Notes: generated from the sequence alone by a model not told the origin. Positions 49,494 through 63,944 are shown, counted from the stretch's first letter. The stretch is 64,000 bases of DNA from an uncultured Chloroflexia bacterium (GCA_963810095.1 CAWEMM010000006.1:896001-960000), one strand, 5' to 3'. Program-made: numbers and translations.

Positions 49494-49847
49494 ATCGCGA
49501 TCTGCGGCCAGCACTTCGTCCATGCGGGCGTACGCCCGGCGCAGGTGGGGAATCACAATCGAGCCGCCGACAATGAGGGCGACGGCAAACGTCTCTTCGA
49601 ACTCCGCAACGGTTACGCCCGCTTTGACGCACTGGATCACGTGATAGGTGATGCAGTCGTCGCAGCGGAGGACGAGCGACGCGGCCAGTCCGAGCAGTTC
49701 CTTGGTCTTGGCGGGCAGTGCGCCGTCTTCGTACGCCTCCCCGTCCAGGCGGAAGAACCGCTTTACGACGCGATTGTCGCCCTCTTTGAGAATACGGTCG
49801 TTGGCCTGCAGCCGTTCGGCCTGAAATTCGGCCAGGGTTTTTGCCAT
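49491..49847 (-). CDS. Carboxymuconolactone decarboxylase/AhpD-like protein
   Basis: MAKTLAEF...GALPAKTKELLGL...LRCDDCITYH; RBS AGGAGG. Confidence 0.88.
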   Translation of the reverse strand: MAKTLAEFQAERLQANDRILKEGDNRVVKRFFRLDGEAYEDGALPAKTKELLGLAASLVLRCDDCITYHVIQCVKAGVTVAEFEETFAVALIVGGSIVIPHLRRAYARMDEVLAADRD

Positions 49848-49881
49848 GTGGGCCTCCTGATCTCGAGCAGCCCTCAGGCCA

Positions 49882-49914
49882 AGAAACCCGGTTTTTGACA
49901 GAAACCGGGTTTCT
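49882..49914. repeat. REP-like palindrome, AGAAACCCGG family
   Basis: AGAAACCCGGTTTTTGACAGAAACCGGGTTTCT. Confidence 0.75.
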
Positions 49915-49955
49915 GAGTGGCGCAGAGGGTCTCTAAAAGTGCAGAAGAGTATATC

Positions 49956-51027
49956 ATGAGTCTGATTCTCGCTATCGAAACGTCGTGCGACGAAACGGCC
50001 GCAGCAGTCATCGAAGACGGCCACGTCATCCGGTCCAACGTGGTCGCGTCGCAGATCGACATCCACCGGCAATACGGCGGCGTCTTCCCGGAGATTGCTT
50101 CCCGGCAGCACGTTTTCGACATCGTGCCGGTCATTCAGGCCAGCCTCGACGCGGCATCGGTCACTTGGGATGACCTGCGCGCCCTGGCCGTCACCCGCGG
50201 CCCCGGCCTCGCGGGCTCCCTGCTGGTCGGGGTGAACACGGCCAAGGCCATCGCCTGGGCGCGCGACCTGCCGGTGGTGGCCCTCAACCACCTGGAAGGG
50301 CACCTCTACTCGAACTGGCTGGATCAGGGCGGCAAAATCAACCCGGACACACTCACCCGGCCCAGCCTCCCCGACTTGGACGCGGCCGGCCAGGCATTCC
50401 CGCTGCTCGTGCTGATCGTCTCCGGCGGGCACACCGAGCTCATCCTCATGCGCGGGCACGGGCAGTACGAACGGCTCGGCTCGACGCTGGACGACGCAGC
50501 GGGCGAAGCCTTCGACAAGGTGGCCCGCTTGATCGGCCTGGGCTATCCGGGCGGCCCGGCCGTGCAGGCCGCGGCCGAGGGGGGCGACCCCAAGCGCTTC
50601 GACTTCCCACCGCGGACTCACCAATTACGCGATCCAGCCAGAGCACCGCTACAACTTCAGCTTCAGCGGGCTGAAGACTGCCGTGCTGCGGCAGGTGCGG
50701 GAGCTCGGCGGCGAGCCCCTGCCGGTCGCCGACCTCGCTGCCAGTTTCCAGGCCGCGGTCGTCGACGTGCTGGTCAGCAAGACGGCTTACGCCGCGCAAA
50801 AGCTGGGCGTGAAGCGGGTTTGCGTGTGCGGTGGCGTGGCGGCGAACAAGGCACTGCGCCAAGCGGTCGCTGACCGGCTGCCCGTGCCCGCCTCCATTCC
50901 GCCGTTCTTCCTCTGCACCGACAACGCGGCGATGATCGGCGCCGCGGCGCATTACCGGCTGCTGAGCGACGGGCCGTCGACGCTCGACTTCGACGTCGAG
51001 CCGGACCTGGCGCTGCGGATGTTGTGA
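49956..51027 (+). CDS. tsaD: tRNA t6A threonylcarbamoyltransferase (frameshift near 50610-50650)
   Basis: [60 protein letters not shown]. Confidence 0.96.
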
Positions 51028-51051
51028 TTTGCCAAGAGACGGAGAGCCTAG

Positions 51052-51768
51052 ATGCCCCATGCACTGGAGACGGAACGCCTCGTTCTCCGTCCCTTCACCG
51101 AAGCCGACATCGAGGTCGCATACCGCCTGTTCGAGCAGGACGAGGAGGTTTACCGCTTCGACCCCGGCTCGCCCCGAACGCTCGAGCAGCGGGCCGCCAT
51201 CGTCCGGCGTCATATGGCTCAAAACGAGGAGAACGGCGAAGGGACCCTGGCCGTCACCCTTAAGTCGAACGGCGCGCTCATCGGACAGGCGGGCCTGCAG
51301 CTCTACGTTCTCCCGTGGCAGCCATTTGCGACCCCAGAAGTGGAGCTGTATTACAAGCTCGGCCGCGCCCACTGGGGCGAGGGTTACGCGCTCGAAGCCT
51401 GCCGTGCCCTGGTCGACTTTGCGTTCGCCGACATGCGACTGCTCCGGATCGTCACGATCACGCAGCCCGACAACACGCACTCCATGCGCCTGCTCAAGCG
51501 ACTGGGGTTCAGCATCGGGCCGGCGCCGGATGCCTGGCAGCCCAGCGTCCTGGGCATCTCTGGCCAATCCCCGCGCCGGGCAGCCGGCGTAACCCGGCAG
51601 CACGGAGATATCCGGACTCACGCACCGGTTTGCCCTGCCTGCCTGAGCGCCGCGCGTCGCCCTAGTATCTATCTGAGAATCAGCTGGGGCCGGTCTCTGA
51701 CCGTGCCCCGCCTGGCCAGGGCGCCAGCCAGGCTGGCGTACGAGACCGGCTCGAGCGTTTTCGGATAG
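51052..51768 (+). CDS. RimJ/RimL-type GNAT acetyltransferase (true stop probably 51592 after a frameshift)
   Basis: LETERLVLRPF, WGEGYALEA, N..SMRLLKRLGF. Confidence 0.85.
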   Translation: MPHALETERLVLRPFTEADIEVAYRLFEQDEEVYRFDPGSPRTLEQRAAIVRRHMAQNEENGEGTLAVTLKSNGALIGQAGLQLYVLPWQPFATPEVELYYKLGRAHWGEGYALEACRALVDFAFADMRLLRIVTITQPDNTHSMRLLKRLGFSIGPAPDAWQPSVLGISGQSPRRAAGVTRQHGDIRTHAPVCPACLSAARRPSIYLRISWGRSLTVPRLARAPARLAYETGSSVFG

Positions 51769-51866
51769 ATTCTGAGTGTTTTGCCGCGTTCTTCTATCGG
51801 CGCGCTGTTTGCCCCGTTCCGGTGTTATTGCTCAGGCAGCCCGATACCCACGCTTAGGAGCGTCCC

Positions 51867-53612
<1,746 letters not shown>

Positions 53613-53654
53613 ACCAACGCGGTTGCGTCGCCGAAGTGACGCAACCGCGTTGGT
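53613..53654. terminator. Hairpin between convergent genes
   Basis: ACCAACGCGGTTGCGTC...GACGCAACCGCGTTGGT. Confidence 0.7.
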
Positions 53655-53675
53655 CGCTGGGACTACGACCCGTCC

Positions 53676-54971
53676 CTACTTCGCAATGGTGAAGTTGGTG
53701 ATGTACTCGTCGTAGTTGCTGTCCGAGCGGACCACCCGCAGCCGGAGCGCATGCTTGCCGGCCGGCAGGTTCGTCGTGTCAAGCGTGTAGGTGAACTGTC
53801 CGGGATTCTCACCGAAGGCCAGGAACGCCGACGCATTCGGGTCGCCGTTGGGCAGCAGGTCCAGCTGCCACTTCATGAAGCTGGGCGAGGAAGCGTACCC
53901 TGTCACATTCACGCTGCCGCTGACCGTCGCGCCCTCTTTCGGGGCCGTGATGCCGTTGGTCGTGGCCGCACCCGCACCAGCGGCGCCCGCACCGGCGGCG
54001 CCGCTGGCGGTCGTCCCGCCGGTCCCACTCGCCGCCGCCGTACCTCCACCCGTCGAGCCGCTGCCCGACGCGGCCGAACCGGTCGTGCCGCCAGCCGCAG
54101 CGCCCGCACCGGCCGCCGCCTGCCCGATCGTGAACTTGGTCAGGTACTCGTTGTAGTTGCTGTCGTTCCGCACGACGCGCAACCGCAGAACGTGCTCGCC
54201 CGCCGGGTAGTTGGTCGTGTTCAGGGTATAAGTGAACACGCCGCTGGTCTCGCCCAACGCGAGGAAGATTGCGCCGTTAGAATCGCCGCCCGGCAGCAGA
54301 TCCAACTGCCATTTCATGAAGTTCGGATCGTTCGCGTATCCCCGAACCACGAACTCGCCATTGACGGCTTGGCCTTCACGAGGCGCGGCCAGGCCGTTGG
54401 TCGTCACGCCCATGCCACTGGTGGCCGCGCTCGTCGTCGCCCCTCCGGCGGTGCTCGTCCCACGCGCCGCAGGGGTGGCGGTTGGCTTCGCACCCGTGCT
54501 CGTTGCAGTGGCCGTGGCAGTCGTCTCGCCGGTCTTTGTGCCTCCGGCAGCCGCCCCGCCGATAGTAAATTTCGTCACGTACTCGTCGTAGTTGCTGTCC
54601 TTCCGGACGACGCGCAACCGCAGGGCGTGTTCGCCCGCGGGCAGTTTGCTCGTGTCGAACGAATAGGTGAACTCGCCCGCAGTCTCGCCAAGTGTCAGAA
54701 AGATTGCTGCATTGGGATCGCCGCCCGGCAGCAGATCCAGCTGCCACTTCTGAAAGCTCGGGCTGTTAGCATAGCCCTTCACCTCAACCGTGCCGCTCAG
54801 CGCAGCCCCGTCCTTCGGGCTGGTGATCCCGTTGGTCGGCGCCGCCGTGCTCGCCGTGGCGTTGGCCGTTCCGCCGGTCGTCTGCGCCGCGGCCGCGAAC
54901 GGCAGGCTCAGCAGCAGGACTGCCACCAAGCCCAGCACCCACAACTTCGCTCTACTTCGATTGGACTGCAT
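53676..54971 (-). CDS. Secreted protein with three ~90 aa Ig-like repeats and Ala/Gly/Thr linkers
   Basis: Signal peptide; three NG-x-x-x-P..G...GYA...KWQLDLLP...HxLRLRVVRxDSNYxEY repeats. Confidence 0.8.
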   Translation of the reverse strand: MQSNRSRAKLWVLGLVAVLLLSLPFAAAAQTTGGTANATASTAAPTNGITSPKDGAALSGTVEVKGYANSPSFQKWQLDLLPGGDPNAAIFLTLGETAGEFTYSFDTSKLPAGEHALRLRVVRKDSNYDEYVTKFTIGGAAAGGTKTGETTATATATSTGAKPTATPAARGTSTAGGATTSAATSGMGVTTNGLAAPREGQAVNGEFVVRGYANDPNFMKWQLDLLPGGDSNGAIFLALGETSGVFTYTLNTTNYPAGEHVLRLRVVRNDSNYNEYLTKFTIGQAAAGAGAAAGGTTGSAASGSGSTGGGTAAASGTGGTTASGAAGAGAAGAGAATTNGITAPKEGATVSGSVNVTGYASSPSFMKWQLDLLPNGDPNASAFLAFGENPGQFTYTLDTTNLPAGKHALRLRVVRSDSNYDEYITNFTIAK

Positions 54972-55210
54972 AGTACACTCTCCTTGCTGAGATGTGATGT
55001 CGTTATAACGCACGACATGATGTGAACGGTACGAATTATCTACGTTCATTGACATGTCAATCGCAGTAGGCCATCATTCATTTGCCGCAAAAGGCTCCCC
55101 ATCCGGCAAAACTCCTACATCCGCCGATTTGGCGTGAAAGCCGGGATGCAGTACCATTCTTGCAGAAACTCGTTATCCACAAGGAATGACCTGCGACAAA
55201 GCACTGAGCG

Positions 55211-55662
55211 ATGGATTACCTGGAGTCCCGAGTCCAACACCTGATGGCGCGGCTGAAGAGCGCAGATTACCGCCTGACCCCTCAGCGCGTGACGCTGCTG
55301 CGGCTGATTGCCGCCAGCGAAGGGCATCCCAGCGCCCTTCACCTGTACGAGCAGATCCGAACTCAATTTCCCACCACCAGCCTGGCCACCGTCTACAAGA
55401 CGCTCAGTCTTCTCAAGGAGATGGGCGAGGTGCTCGAACTCGGCTTCAGCACCGACGATAACCGCTACGACGGCCACCGGCCTTATCCGCACCCGCATCT
55501 CATCTGTGTCAGCTGCCGGAAAATCACGGACCCACCCGTGAGTCTCGTGGATGACCTGACACAGGAGGTGGCGGAACAGACAGGTTACGATGTCACCGGC
55601 CACCGCCTCGATTTCTACGGCGTGTGTCCTGACTGCCGAAAGCAAAACCCTTCAGCAACTGA
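55211..55662 (+). CDS. perR: Fur family regulator, PerR-like (stop codon out of frame; end approximate)
   Basis: [35 protein letters not shown]; directly upstream of katG. Confidence 0.85.
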
Positions 55663-55685
55663 CACGAGGAAAGGAGCAACAGATC

Positions 55686-58004
<2,319 letters not shown>

Positions 58005-58126
58005 CCCCGCGTTGTCCAGCAGCGCGGGGCGAAGGTCTATTCGCAAAGTGGGGGCAAGAGCGCCCCTGCCAAACCGTCATTAGGCACCAGCTGATAATTT
58101 CCCTGCGGTTGTACGTAGTACCCCCA

Positions 58127-58988
58127 TTACCGCTCGACGCGCACGCGCCACCCGTCCCCATCGCTCACCAACTCGATCCGGCCGTGCTGGTCGGTCCGCA
58201 GCACCTCAATCCCTGCCAGCCGCTGCAGCAATTCGGGCGCCGGATGGCCGAAGCGGTTCTCCGCACCGGCGGAGATCACGGCCAGGCGCGGCCCGACGGC
58301 CGCCAGAAACGGCCGCGAGGTGCTGGCGCTGCTCCCGTGGTGGCCCACCTTGAGCACATCGGCCCGGAGCGGCAGCTGCGCGGCAAGCATCTCCTGCTCG
58401 GCCTCCTCTTCGGCATCGCCCGTCAGCAACAGGCTGCTCCTCCCATAATCCAGCCGCAAGACCAGGCTCCCGTTGTTGCTGCTTTCGCGCCCGGCGCCTC
58501 CGGAAGGGGGATTGAGCACCGTCAGGGTCACGCTGCCCGCCTCCAGCCGCGTGCCCCGGCCGACCGGCGATCGCGGCGCGCCGGCGCCCGCACTCGCAGC
58601 CAGCCACGCTTCTGCGCCCTCATCTCCTCCCTGCACCGCGTCGACAACCCGGGCGACTCTGAAACGCTCGAATACGGGGAGCAGCCCCGATACGTGATCG
58701 GCGTCGGGGTGAGTAAGCACGACAAGGTCGAGCGACCTGTCCCAGAAAGGCAGAACCTCGCCCAGTTGGTCGAGCAGCGCGCTGGGACTCGGCCCGCCAT
58801 CCACCAGGATCTGGCGGCCGTCCGGGCGTCTGAATGAGGATGGCATCGCCCTGCCCCACGTCGAGGAACCAGACGTGAAGCCGGCCTCGGGCCAAACCAT
58901 CCGGCAAGGCCCCGAGGCTGACCCAGGCGATGACTGCAAGGAAGGCCAGCGCGAGGAGGAGCCGCGGGCCTGTAACCAGCTTCCGCAT
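58127..58988 (-). CDS. ComEC/Rec2-type metallo-beta-lactamase domain protein (frameshift near 58825)
   Basis: FLDVGQGDA, ILVDGG, THPDADH, LLTGD, KVGHHGS, NRFGHP. Confidence 0.88.
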
Positions 58989-59081
58989 CGAAGCACCTTA
59001 TCATTGGGGCGATAGGCGGTCGCCCGCACAATCGTTTATGTTATACTAGCCCCGGCCAAACTCAGTGTCAAGGAGCCCGAG

Positions 59082-60284
59082 ATGGGAACCGAAACGGGTA
59101 ACGAAAAGCAGGCATTGACGATCTACGGCACGCCTTGGTGTCCCGACTGTCGCCGCAGCAAACAGTTTCTGGGCGAACACCGCGTGCCCTATGACTATAT
59201 CGATATCGAGGACGATCCGGCCGCGCAGGCCGAAGTCATGCGGATCAACCACGGCAACCGGAGCGTGCCCACGATCGTTTTCCCAGACGGCACGTCGCTC
59301 ACCGAGCCAAGCAATGAGGCGTTGGCTCAGAAGCTGGGCCTGGTCACCACAGCCCAGTACGACTTCTACGACCTGGTCATCATCGGCGGTGGACCTGCGG
59401 GCCTGACCACGGCCATCTACGCCGCACGCGAGGGGATCAAAACCCTCATCCTGGAGCGCGGCGCGGCGGGTGGGAACGTGGGCAACACGCAGCACATGGA
59501 GAACTACCCCGGCTTCGATGAAGGCATCTCGGGCCAGGAATTCGCCGAGCGCCTGACCCGGCAGGCCAAGAAGTTCGGCGTCGAGGTGCTGCAGGCGAGC
59601 GGCGTGGAGAACCTGGCCCGCGACGACCAATACCTGTGCATCGGCACAACGTCTGGCAAGGAGTACAGTGCTCGGGCCGTGCTGGTCGCCACGGGCTCGC
59701 GCTACCGCCGCCTCATGACCCCGGGCGAGCGCGAGTTGATCGGGTCCGCGATTCACTTCTGCGCAATGTGCGACGCGCCCTTTTACCGGGGCAAGGACGT
59801 CCTGGTGATCGGCGGGGGCAACAGCGGGTTCCAGGAGAGCCTGTTCATCAAGCAGTACGCGAAGAGCGTGACCATCGTGGAGTTCATGCCCGAAGTCCGC
59901 GCCAGCAAGCTTCTGCAGGAGGCGGTGGCCAAGGAACCGGACATGAAAGTGGTGACCAACCACGCCATCGAGAGCTTCCGCGCGCAGCGCGGCAAGCTGT
60001 TGGGCGTGGACGTGGTCGACCGGGGCACGGGCGAGAAGTCGACCTGGAAGCCGGACGGCGTCTTCATCTTCATCGGCATGAGCCCCAACACCGACTGGGT
60101 GCCCGAGACGATCGAGCGCGACAAGTTCGGCTTCGTCGTGACGAATCTGAACCTGGAAACGAGCATGCCGGGCGTGTTTGCGGCCGGCGATGTCCGTTCG
60201 GGCAGCACCAAGCAGGCCGCGGCCGCCGCGGGTGAAGGCGCCACCGCCGCGCTGATGATCCGGGAGTACCTGAGGGACCACTAG
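59082..60284 (+). CDS. Glutaredoxin/mycoredoxin-like domain fused to thioredoxin reductase
   Basis: WCPDC..NRSVPT N-terminal domain; GGGPAG, HFCAMCD, GGGNSG, FAAGD. Confidence 0.9.
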   Translation: MGTETGNEKQALTIYGTPWCPDCRRSKQFLGEHRVPYDYIDIEDDPAAQAEVMRINHGNRSVPTIVFPDGTSLTEPSNEALAQKLGLVTTAQYDFYDLVIIGGGPAGLTTAIYAAREGIKTLILERGAAGGNVGNTQHMENYPGFDEGISGQEFAERLTRQAKKFGVEVLQASGVENLARDDQYLCIGTTSGKEYSARAVLVATGSRYRRLMTPGERELIGSAIHFCAMCDAPFYRGKDVLVIGGGNSGFQESLFIKQYAKSVTIVEFMPEVRASKLLQEAVAKEPDMKVVTNHAIESFRAQRGKLLGVDVVDRGTGEKSTWKPDGVFIFIGMSPNTDWVPETIERDKFGFVVTNLNLETSMPGVFAAGDVRSGSTKQAAAAAGEGATAALMIREYLRDH

Positions 60285-60287
60285 CTT

Positions 60288-60367
60288 CTTCACCACGAAG
60301 ACTCGAAGACACAACGAACCGCAAAGGCTTTGTGCGTTCTTGGTGTCTTCGTGCCTTAGTGGTGAAG
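60288..60367. repeat. REP-like palindrome, ACCAC-AAGACAC family
   Basis: CTTCACCACGAAGACTCGAAGACAC...GTGTCTTCGTGCCTTAGTGGTGAAG. Confidence 0.75.
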
Positions 60368-60395
60368 AACCTGTTCGGCGTTCGGACAAGATGGA

Positions 60396-61271
60396 ATGAG
60401 CCACCAGATCATCTTCGGCGACAATCTGCCCTGCCTGCAGGCCATGCCCGGCCGGTCTGTCGACCTGATCTACATCGATCCGCCGTTCAATACGGGCAAA
60501 GTTCAGCGCCACACGCAGCTCAAGACCGTGCAGAGCGACGACGGCGACCGGAGCGGCTTTGCCGGCCGCCGTTATCGCACGTCCAAGGGCGCGACGCGTG
60601 CGTATGCCGACGCCTACGACGATTACCTCGCGTTCCTCGAGCCGCGGCTGACCGAAGCGTATCGCGTCCTGGCCGAGAGCGGCTCGCTGTACTTCCATAT
60701 CGACTACCGCGAGGTCCACTACTGCAAGCTCCTGCTCGACGACATCTTCGGCCGCGACTGTTTTCTCAACGAGATCATCTGGGCCTACGACTACGGCGCT
60801 CGCGCGACACGCAGGTGGCCCGCCAAGCACGATAACATCCTCGTCTACGTGAAAGACCCGAAGAACTATCTCTTCAACACCGAAGAGGTCGAGCGGATCC
60901 CCTATATGGCGCCCGGCCTTGTGGGCGCCGAGAAGGCCGCGCGGGGCAAGCTCCCCACCGACACGTGGTGGCACACGATCGTGCCAACCAACGGCCAGGA
61001 GCGCACCGGCTACCCGACGCAAAAGCCCGTGGGGATTCTCAAGCGCATCGTTGCCGCCTCGTCGCCGCCCGGCGGCCTGGTGCTCGATTTCTTCGCCGGC
61101 AGCGGTGCGACCGGCGCGGCCTGCCTCGCGCTCGGCCGGCGCTTCATCCTGATCGACAATAACCCCGAAGCCCTCGACGTGATGGCCCGGCGCTTTGCCG
61201 GGGTGGGCGACGTCGAATGGATCGGGTTCGACCCGCAACAAATCCAGGGCAAAGGTGAAGGCGAAGCATGA
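60396..61271 (+). CDS. N4/N6 DNA methyltransferase (beta class), orphan
   Basis: IDPPFN, NEIIW, YPTQKP, LDFFAGSG. Confidence 0.92.
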   Translation: MSHQIIFGDNLPCLQAMPGRSVDLIYIDPPFNTGKVQRHTQLKTVQSDDGDRSGFAGRRYRTSKGATRAYADAYDDYLAFLEPRLTEAYRVLAESGSLYFHIDYREVHYCKLLLDDIFGRDCFLNEIIWAYDYGARATRRWPAKHDNILVYVKDPKNYLFNTEEVERIPYMAPGLVGAEKAARGKLPTDTWWHTIVPTNGQERTGYPTQKPVGILKRIVAASSPPGGLVLDFFAGSGATGAACLALGRRFILIDNNPEALDVMARRFAGVGDVEWIGFDPQQIQGKGEGEA

Positions 61272-62101
61272 AGATCCTCATCGCAGCAGATATGGAAGGC
61301 ATCACCGGCGTCGTGAACTTCGACCAGACGACTCCCGGCCATCCCGAGTACGAACGCTTCCGGCGCTTGATGACCGAGGACGTGAACGCCGCCGTGCGCG
61401 GCGCATTCGCAGGCGGTGCCGGCGAAGTGATTGTCAGCGACGGGCACTGGGATGCGTCCAACATCCTCATCGAGCAACTTGACCCGCGTGCCAGGCTCAA
61501 CTCGGGCACCCCCCGCCCGTACTCCATGCTCGAAGGCATCGACGGCGGGGTCGACGGCGTCTTGTTCGTCGGCTACCACGCCCAGGTGGGCACGCTGAAC
61601 GCCGTGCTCGACCACACCTGGTCGAGCTTCGCGGGTCGACGGGCTCTGGTTGACGCCGACCGGCGGCGAGCCGCAGGCGATGGGCGAAATCGGCCTGAAC
61701 GGGGCGGTGTGCGGGCACTTCGGCGCCCCTGTCCTGATGATCTCGGGCGACCAGACCGCGTGCGCAGAGGCCGCGGCCCTCTTTCCGAACATTGTGACCG
61801 CGGTCGTGAAGCAGGCGAAAGGCCGGAGCGCCGCCGACTGCCTGCCGCCCGCGGTCAGCGCACCCTGATCGAGCAGTGCGCAGCCAGGGGCGTCCAACTG
61901 CTGCGCTCAGACAACCCGCCGCAGCCGCTAAAGGTTCCGGCGCCGGTGACGGTCACGGTCGAGTTCGTCAAGTCGCAGATGGCCGACAGCGCCGCCATCA
62001 TGCCGGGCGCGCGCCGGGTCGACGGCAAGCGGGTCGAGTTCGTTGCCCGCGACATGCCGGAAGCCTACCGGGCGTTCCGGGCGCTGGTCGGCCTGGCATG
62101 A
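61268..62101 (+). CDS. M55 family D-aminopeptidase, DppA-like (two compensating frameshifts)
   Basis: ADMEGITG, SDGH, VGYHA, LDHT; MGEIGLN..SGD in an alternate frame. Confidence 0.88.
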   Translation: MKILIAADMEGITGVVNFDQTTPGHPEYERFRRLMTEDVNAAVRGAFAGGAGEVIVSDGHWDASNILIEQLDPRARLNSGTPRPYSMLEGIDGGVDGVLFVGYHAQVGTLNAVLDHTWSSFAGRRALVDADRRRAAGDGRNRPERGGVRALRRPCPDDLGRPDRVRRGRGPLSEHCDRGREAGERPERRRLPAARGQRTLIEQCAARGVQLLRSDNPPQPLKVPAPVTVTVEFVKSQMADSAAIMPGARRVDGKRVEFVARDMPEAYRAFRALVGLA

Positions 62102-62658
62102 GCGCCGGGTGGCGGATCGCTGGCCTGGCGGGTCAACCGGAAGAGTTGCTGGTGCGAGCGGCAGAGCTGCTCGTCGAGGGCTTTCGCGAGCACTGGCCGA
62201 ATGCCTGGCCCGACCTGGCGAGTGCGCAAGACGAGGTGCGTGAGGCGCTCGAGCCGGGCAAGCTGTGTCGCGCGGCGCTGGGCGAGGACGGCGAACTGCT
62301 CGGCTGGGTCGGCGGCATCTCGGGCTATGACGGGCATGTGTGGGAGCTGCACCCCCTCGTCGTCGACCCGGCGCAGCAGGGACGGGGCATCGGCCGGGCG
62401 CTGGTGCAGGATCTCGAGGAGCAGGTGCGGTCGCGCGGGGGGCTCACCCTGTGGCTGGGCTCGGACGACGAAGACGACATGACCTCGCTCGCCGGCGTCG
62501 ACTTGTACGGGGATTTGCCCGGAATGCTCGCGGCCATACGGAACTTGAAGGGGCATCCGTATACGTTCTATCAGAAATGTGGGTTTGTGGTCGCGGGCGT
62601 CGTTCCCGACGCCAACGGCCGCGGCAAACCGGATATCCTGATGGCGAAACGAATCTAG
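62098..62658 (+). CDS. GNAT acetyltransferase, AAC(6')-I-like
   Basis: WELHPLVV..QGRGIG..LGSDDE..TSL..DLY..RNLKGHPYTFYQKCGF..PDANGRGKPDILMAK. Confidence 0.8.
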   Translation: MSAGWRIAGLAGQPEELLVRAAELLVEGFREHWPNAWPDLASAQDEVREALEPGKLCRAALGEDGELLGWVGGISGYDGHVWELHPLVVDPAQQGRGIGRALVQDLEEQVRSRGGLTLWLGSDDEDDMTSLAGVDLYGDLPGMLAAIRNLKGHPYTFYQKCGFVVAGVVPDANGRGKPDILMAKRI

Positions 62659-62699
62659 GTGCAACCACACGGAATCTGTTGAAACATGACGCTGCTGCA

Positions 62700-62894
62700 C
62701 CTCGACTGTGGGCGCTCCTGCGGACCGCCCTCCGCTCAGGATGCCTGCGCTTGAAGCATCCTGAGCGGAGGCGCCAGCGCAGCTGGCGTGCCGCAGTCGA
62801 AGGATGCGACCCGACAGAATCATTGTGCTTGTAATTAAACTGGTCGCAAAGTGAACAGGACGCGCTGCAGGTGCGAGCTCTAGCTCGCACCTAC
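62700..62894. repeat. Cluster of REP-like inverted elements
   Basis: CTCCGCTCAGGATGC / GCATCCTGAGCGGAG pair with CTCGACTG..CAGTCGAAG; AGGTGCGAGC/GCTCGCACCT hairpin. Confidence 0.6.
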
Positions 62895-62948
62895 AGGCGC
62901 AGCCGTAAATTGCGACTAGTCTGGGTGCCGGCGGATTGATGTTGCGGC

Positions 62949-63944
62949 ATGAGCGACACGGCGGAGAGTGTGGGAATGCGAGTGGACCGGCGTTATGCGG
63001 CATTTGCTTGGGGCGTGCTTGGCTACAGCGTCCTGGTGATCCTGTGGGGCGCGTTCGTGCGCGCCACCGGTTCGGGTGCGGGGTGCGGCAGTCACTGGCC
63101 GCTCTGCAACGGGGCCGTCGTTCCACGGCCGCAGCAGATCGAGACCGTCGTCGAATTTGCACACCGGCTGACCTCCGGCCTCAGCGTGATCCTGATCGGC
63201 GCGCTCATCGTCTGGGGCTGGCGGCTCTCCCGACCGGGTCATCCGATCCGCAAGACACTGATCGCGTCGGGCGTGTTCATCGTCCTCGAGGCCCTCATCG
63301 GCGCATGGCTCGTGCTGGCCGGGCTGACCGCGCAGAATGATTCGATCGGGCGGGCCGTTTCGATGGCGCTGCACCTCATCAACACGTTCCTGCTGCTCGC
63401 GGCGCTCGCTTTCACCGCGTGGTGGGCATCGGGTAATGCGATGGTGCGGCTGCGCGGGCAGGGCTGGCTGCTCGCGGGCTGGCTCGCGGCCCTGGTCGCA
63501 GTCCTGATCGTGGGCATGAGCGGCGCGGTGACCGCGCTGGGCGACACCCTGTTCCCGTCCGCCTCCCTGACCGAGGGCTTCCGCGCGGACTTCTCCGCGA
63601 CCGCGCACATCCTCATTCGGGCCCGCGTCCTGCACCCGATGCTGGCAGTGGGCTACGCGCTGTTTGCCGTCCTGCTGAGCCGCCTGATTGCCGCCAAACG
63701 CCCGGACGAGCGCACGCAGCGCCTGGCGACCGTCGTCACCGTCCTCGTCATCGGGCAAGTGATGGTCGGTGCGCTGAACATCGCGCTCCTTGCGCCCGTG
63801 TGGATGCAGATCGTGCATCTCGCGCTCGCGGTGTCGGTCTGGTTGTCGGTCATCCTGTTGGGTGCGTCCGCATTTGCAGTGCGCGAGCCGGCCACGTCGG
63901 TCCAACAGCCCGCCCTCGGCGTCGGGGCGCCGGAACTGCCATGA
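62949..63944 (+). CDS. ctaA: Heme A synthase (COX15/CtaA)
   Basis: GSGAGCGSHWPLCNG, EFAHRLTSG, EALIGA, HL..T, HP, VHL. Confidence 0.88.
   Translation: MSDTAESVGMRVDRRYAAFAWGVLGYSVLVILWGAFVRATGSGAGCGSHWPLCNGAVVPRPQQIETVVEFAHRLTSGLSVILIGALIVWGWRLSRPGHPIRKTLIASGVFIVLEALIGAWLVLAGLTAQNDSIGRAVSMALHLINTFLLLAALAFTAWWASGNAMVRLRGQGWLLAGWLAALVAVLIVGMSGAVTALGDTLFPSASLTEGFRADFSATAHILIRARVLHPMLAVGYALFAVLLSRLIAAKRPDERTQRLATVVTVLVIGQVMVGALNIALLAPVWMQIVHLALAVSVWLSVILLGASAFAVREPATSVQQPALGVGAPELP

Noticed and set aside
49491-50624. 377-aa minus-strand ORF
   Set aside because: Only the last 118 aa (CMD protein, RBS before 49847) look real; the rest is antisense to tsaD and crosses a REP.
55158-55180. Per/Fur box upstream of perR
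   Set aside because: TTGCAGAAACTCGTTATCC is only weakly similar to the consensus; not supportable by eye.
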